From positions 3,680,001 through 3,744,000 of the forward strand of contig CBDEFM010000002.1 of the NCBI GenBank assembly GCA_965237415.1: a DNA stretch of 64,000 nt. Direction: 5' to 3'. How positions within the stretch are numbered: position 1 is the stretch's first letter; each line of letters starts with the position of its first letter. This stretch comes from Alphaproteobacteria bacterium. GTDB lineage: Bacteria; Pseudomonadota; Alphaproteobacteria; UBA828. Both the position numbers and the translations under genes were made by a program. Positions 61,038-64,000 of this stretch are shown piece by piece. A model generated the notes under the pieces. The model was not told where the DNA came from and ran no database searches. It saw nothing but the letters and a program-made list of their open reading frames with translations.

Positions 61038-62198
61038 TCACTTCATCCACGAGAGCCCGCCGGCACGCCGATAGGGCCTGCCTCCGATCTGCGTGCCTGC
61101 GCCAACAGGGCCTGGTCGCTCGCGCCCGTCATCGGGTGCATCCGCCGCCAACCGGTTCGCACGAACGAAGGTCGCAAGCGAGGTCTCGAGCTCGCCGCGC
61201 GTCATGTCCCGTGCGATGAAGACGATGCGCGAACGCCGGTCATCGTCCGGCCACCGCTCGAGGTGAATTGGGGGGTGGATGATGTGCTGGACCCCGTTTA
61301 TGACGACCGGGCCATCGAGCCCCGGCACGTCGACGATCCCCTTCACGCGCAGTACGTCCTCGCCGCGACCGTGTAGCAGCATGGTGAGCCATACGCAGAA
61401 CGCCGCCCAGTCGATCGGCTCGTCGAACACCAGGCACGAGGCGGCGATATGCTCGTCGTGCCGGTTGACGTCGAGAGGGCGGTGATGGAGATGGGACGCC
61501 GAGTCCGCCGCGTCGTATGCCTCCTCATCCAGCCACGCACGGATATCTTTCGGCCTCTCGTCGGGGCTGTCGTCCTCACCGCCGAGCAACGCGTCGGGCC
61601 GAAACGCCGGCGACGGCGCGGTGACGATCGGGGCGGAGGGGTTGATGCGTCGGAGCCGCTCGGTCAGCCGGCTAACCGCAGCGGATGGCGCGAGATCGCA
61701 CTTGGTAATGACGATGCAGTCGGCCACGGCCGCCTGCTTGGCCGCTTCCGGCTGGCGGGCCAAGTGCGTCTCGCCGTTTACGGCGTCCATAGTGGTAATG
61801 ATCCGGACCAACCTGAACGCATTGTCGACGACGGGCTCCGTCATCAGCGTGTGGAGAATGGGAACCGGATCCGCAAGGCCCGTCGTCTCGATGAACAGGC
61901 GCGCAAAGGGCGGAATTGTGCCACCTGCTCGCCGATCCAGTAGATCGCGCATGGCCTTTCCGAGGTCGTCGCGAATGGTGCAACAGATGCATCCGTTCGC
62001 CAGCATGACGAGATCCTCGTCGGCGTATTCAACGAGATGGTGATCGATCCCGATCTCGCCGAACTCGTTAACGAGAACCGCGGCGTCGGAAAGCTCGGGG
62101 AAGGTGAGGAGCCGCTGAAGGAGCGTGGTCTTCCCGCTGCCGAGAAAGCCGGTGAGCACGACCACCGGAATTGGGCCTGGCAGGGGGCGGCCGCTCAT
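61038..62198 (-). CDS. CobW/COG0523-family G3E GTPase metallochaperone
   Basis: TGFLGSGKTT, VNEFGEIGIDH, NGCICC, ETTGLADP, TKCD, His-rich linker, LRVKG. Confidence 0.93.
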   Translation of the reverse strand: MSGRPLPGPIPVVVLTGFLGSGKTTLLQRLLTFPELSDAAVLVNEFGEIGIDHHLVEYADEDLVMLANGCICCTIRDDLGKAMRDLLDRRAGGTIPPFARLFIETTGLADPVPILHTLMTEPVVDNAFRLVRIITTMDAVNGETHLARQPEAAKQAAVADCIVITKCDLAPSAAVSRLTERLRRINPSAPIVTAPSPAFRPDALLGGEDDSPDERPKDIRAWLDEEAYDAADSASHLHHRPLDVNRHDEHIAASCLVFDEPIDWAAFCVWLTMLLHGRGEDVLRVKGIVDVPGLDGPVVINGVQHIIHPPIHLERWPDDDRRSRIVFIARDMTRGELETSLATFVRANRLAADAPDDGRERPGPVGAGTQIGGRPYRRAGGLSWMK

Positions 62199-62494
62199 GG
62201 TGCAGCGAGCTCGGCCAGCAGTGCTCGATCCAACGGGGTGCAGCGCGCACCACGCGCCTCCTCGACCTTCGCCCAGAGCGCAGAAAGGTTCTCGGCCAGT
62301 AGCGACGGCATGCCCTTTCCGGTGAGTAGGTAACCGTCGCTACCCCAGGCCCTCACTTCCATCTCGTAGTGGCGCAGGACTCTGTTGAGCAACCTGATCC
62401 GGGCGCCGCGCTCGCGCTGCCCGGATCGGGTGGCGTCCCCGCCAGTGTCAGCCCAATGCCGTCCGCCAATCAGGCCGCCGCACAACGCGCACAT
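62195..62494 (-). CDS. Small CxxC protein (MCALCG...HWAD) coupled to the CobW-like gene
   Basis: ATG with GGGAG RBS. ATGA overlap with the GTPase start. Confidence 0.75.
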   Translation of the reverse strand: MCALCGGLIGGRHWADTGGDATRSGQRERGARIRLLNRVLRHYEMEVRAWGSDGYLLTGKGMPSLLAENLSALWAKVEEARGARCTPLDRALLAELAAP

Positions 62495-62560
62495 GGCTTC
62501 TCCCTACCGGTACCGCGCAAGCCGGGCCTCACGATAACCGCTCGGCGCGCAGGTAGACAG

Positions 62561-63496
62561 CTAGTCGGCTGCACCGGGCACCGGAATATCCGGGATGCGG
62601 CCGTCCTTGATTGGCAAGGTGTGCACCCGCGGCGCATAGGAGTCCTCGTCGATCAGCTTGCGGGTGTGAGTGGCGACCTCTTCCAGTGTCGCGAACCACA
62701 CCTCGCCCTTGTCCTGCATGTCCTCGATGATGGTCGCGATCGAGTCCAGGCGTGCGATGCGGCCCGAGACGAAGGGATGCCAAATGCACTGCCAGAAGGC
62801 CTTGTACTTCCACGCCGCCTCGAACTCGGACATGAAGACTTCCTTGGCCCGGTGGGGCGCCGAGATCGGCATCATGTAGTCGAGATCGCCACTGTGTTCG
62901 TAGTGCGGCCAATCGTCGAGCGACCACTTGACGGGAATCTCGATCAGCTCGCGCCCCGAGCGGTCCTTGATGACGTAAGGCACGTCGTCGCCGAGGAGCG
63001 AGGAATCGTAGAGGAAGCCGGCTTCCGTCAGGATATCGGTGGTGTGCTTCGAATAGGCTCCCCAAGGTGCCCGATAGCCGGCCGGCTTCTTGCCCGTCGC
63101 GCGCTCGATGATGTCGGTGGAGCGCTGGGTCCAATAAGTTTCCCGCTCCTTCGTGAACGTGTTCGGCAGTTCGTGCATGTAGCCGTGATGGGCGATCTCG
63201 TGCCCTCCTTCGAGCATCCGCTCGACCGCAGCGGGATGTTCCTCGATGCACCAGGCCGGGACGAAGAAGGAGACCTTGAGGCCATAGCTTTCGAAGACCC
63301 GGCAGATCCGCGGCATGGCGACCTCGGCGCCGAACCTGAGATCGGTCATTGTCGCCACGCGGGTGTCCGCATCGTCGGGGTGGGCCAGGTGCAGGATGCT
63401 GTCGGCATCCATGTCCCACGTGAAGCTCACTGCGCAGCGCGCGCCGTTGGGCCAGGGGACGGGGTTTTCGACCATCGTAAAGTTGCCACGTGCCAT
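62561..63496 (-). CDS. Polysaccharide deacetylase family protein (CE4, PuuE/HpPgdA-like)
   Basis: PWPNGARCAVSFTWDMDAD, FFVP, GHEIAHHGYMHE, GYRAP, YDSS, WHP..SGR. Confidence 0.92.
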   Translation of the reverse strand: MARGNFTMVENPVPWPNGARCAVSFTWDMDADSILHLAHPDDADTRVATMTDLRFGAEVAMPRICRVFESYGLKVSFFVPAWCIEEHPAAVERMLEGGHEIAHHGYMHELPNTFTKERETYWTQRSTDIIERATGKKPAGYRAPWGAYSKHTTDILTEAGFLYDSSLLGDDVPYVIKDRSGRELIEIPVKWSLDDWPHYEHSGDLDYMMPISAPHRAKEVFMSEFEAAWKYKAFWQCIWHPFVSGRIARLDSIATIIEDMQDKGEVWFATLEEVATHTRKLIDEDSYAPRVHTLPIKDGRIPDIPVPGAAD

Positions 63497-63529
63497 CGTT
63501 GGATCCTCCCTTCGTATTCTTGACTTGCC

Positions 63530-64000
63530 CTACCCGCGGTAGCGGGATGCGCGGAACGCGATCAGGCTTGCGCCGATCGTCATCGTGATAAGGACGATCG
63601 CCGCGACGTTGATCTGCGGATTGACTCCCTTGCGCATGAGCCCCCACATATAAACCGGCAACGTGCTGCCGCCGCCGATGGTGAAGAAGGTGAGCACGAA
63701 GTCGTCGATCGAGAGCGCCATAGCGACCAGCGCACCACCGATGATGGACGGGCGCACGATCGGAAGCGTCACGGTGAGGAACGCCTTTAGCGGCGAGGCG
63801 CCGAGGTCGCGCGCACTGTCTACGGCCGAATGGTCGAAGGCTGCCATGCGTGCGTGCACGATGAGGATCACGAACGGCTGGGTGAAGACCAGGTGGCCTG
63901 CGGTCACAGTCGGCAGGCCGAACTTGAGACCCAGCATCGAGTAGTAGTTCGCGAGCGCGATCGCGAGCACCAGCGGTGGCAGCATCACTGGGAGCGTCAG
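63530..64000 (-). CDS. ABC transporter permease (PotC-like), partial at window edge
   Basis: DSARDLGAS..KAF..VTLP, LSIDDF, TLPV. Confidence 0.88.
   Translation of the reverse strand: MTLPVMLPPLVLAIALANYYSMLGLKFGLPTVTAGHLVFTQPFVILIVHARMAAFDHSAVDSARDLGASPLKAFLTVTLPIVRPSIIGGALVAMALSIDDFVLTFFTIGGGSTLPVYMWGLMRKGVNPQINVAAIVLITMTIGASLIAFRASRYRG

Overview
High-GC alphaproteobacterial chromosome segment (Rhodospirillales-like by gene order; inferred, not verified) with three zones. (1) 1-29415 is an IS-riddled accessory island ending at tRNA-Glu. It carries IS66-type elements with a DUF4338 (DruA-like) passenger gene, IS1182, IS1202/ISNCY and IS1111 (IS110 family) elements, three MITE families, two hydantoinase/oxoprolinase-amidohydrolase clusters, an ABC uptake system, and decayed integrase/relaxase genes. 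(2) 29416-55255 is mostly core genes: recJ, glpX (scrambled 3' end), hom, phaC, argC, rpsI-rplM, polA, lon-clpX-clpP-tig and three tRNAs. (3) 55256-64000 is a second accessory region after tRNA-Ser, with a phage portal scar, a toluene-monooxygenase-type diiron cluster lacking its ferredoxin and reductase genes, and a CobW/deacetylase/ABC cluster. The best finding is an IS1111 element whose non-coding end contains readable bridge/seekRNA-type guide segments matching the terminal inverted repeat of the IS66-DUF4338 element. The window holds an occupied target, a second junction scar, an empty perfect target and a core-mutated end. All calls come from reading the sequence by eye; no database searches were run.
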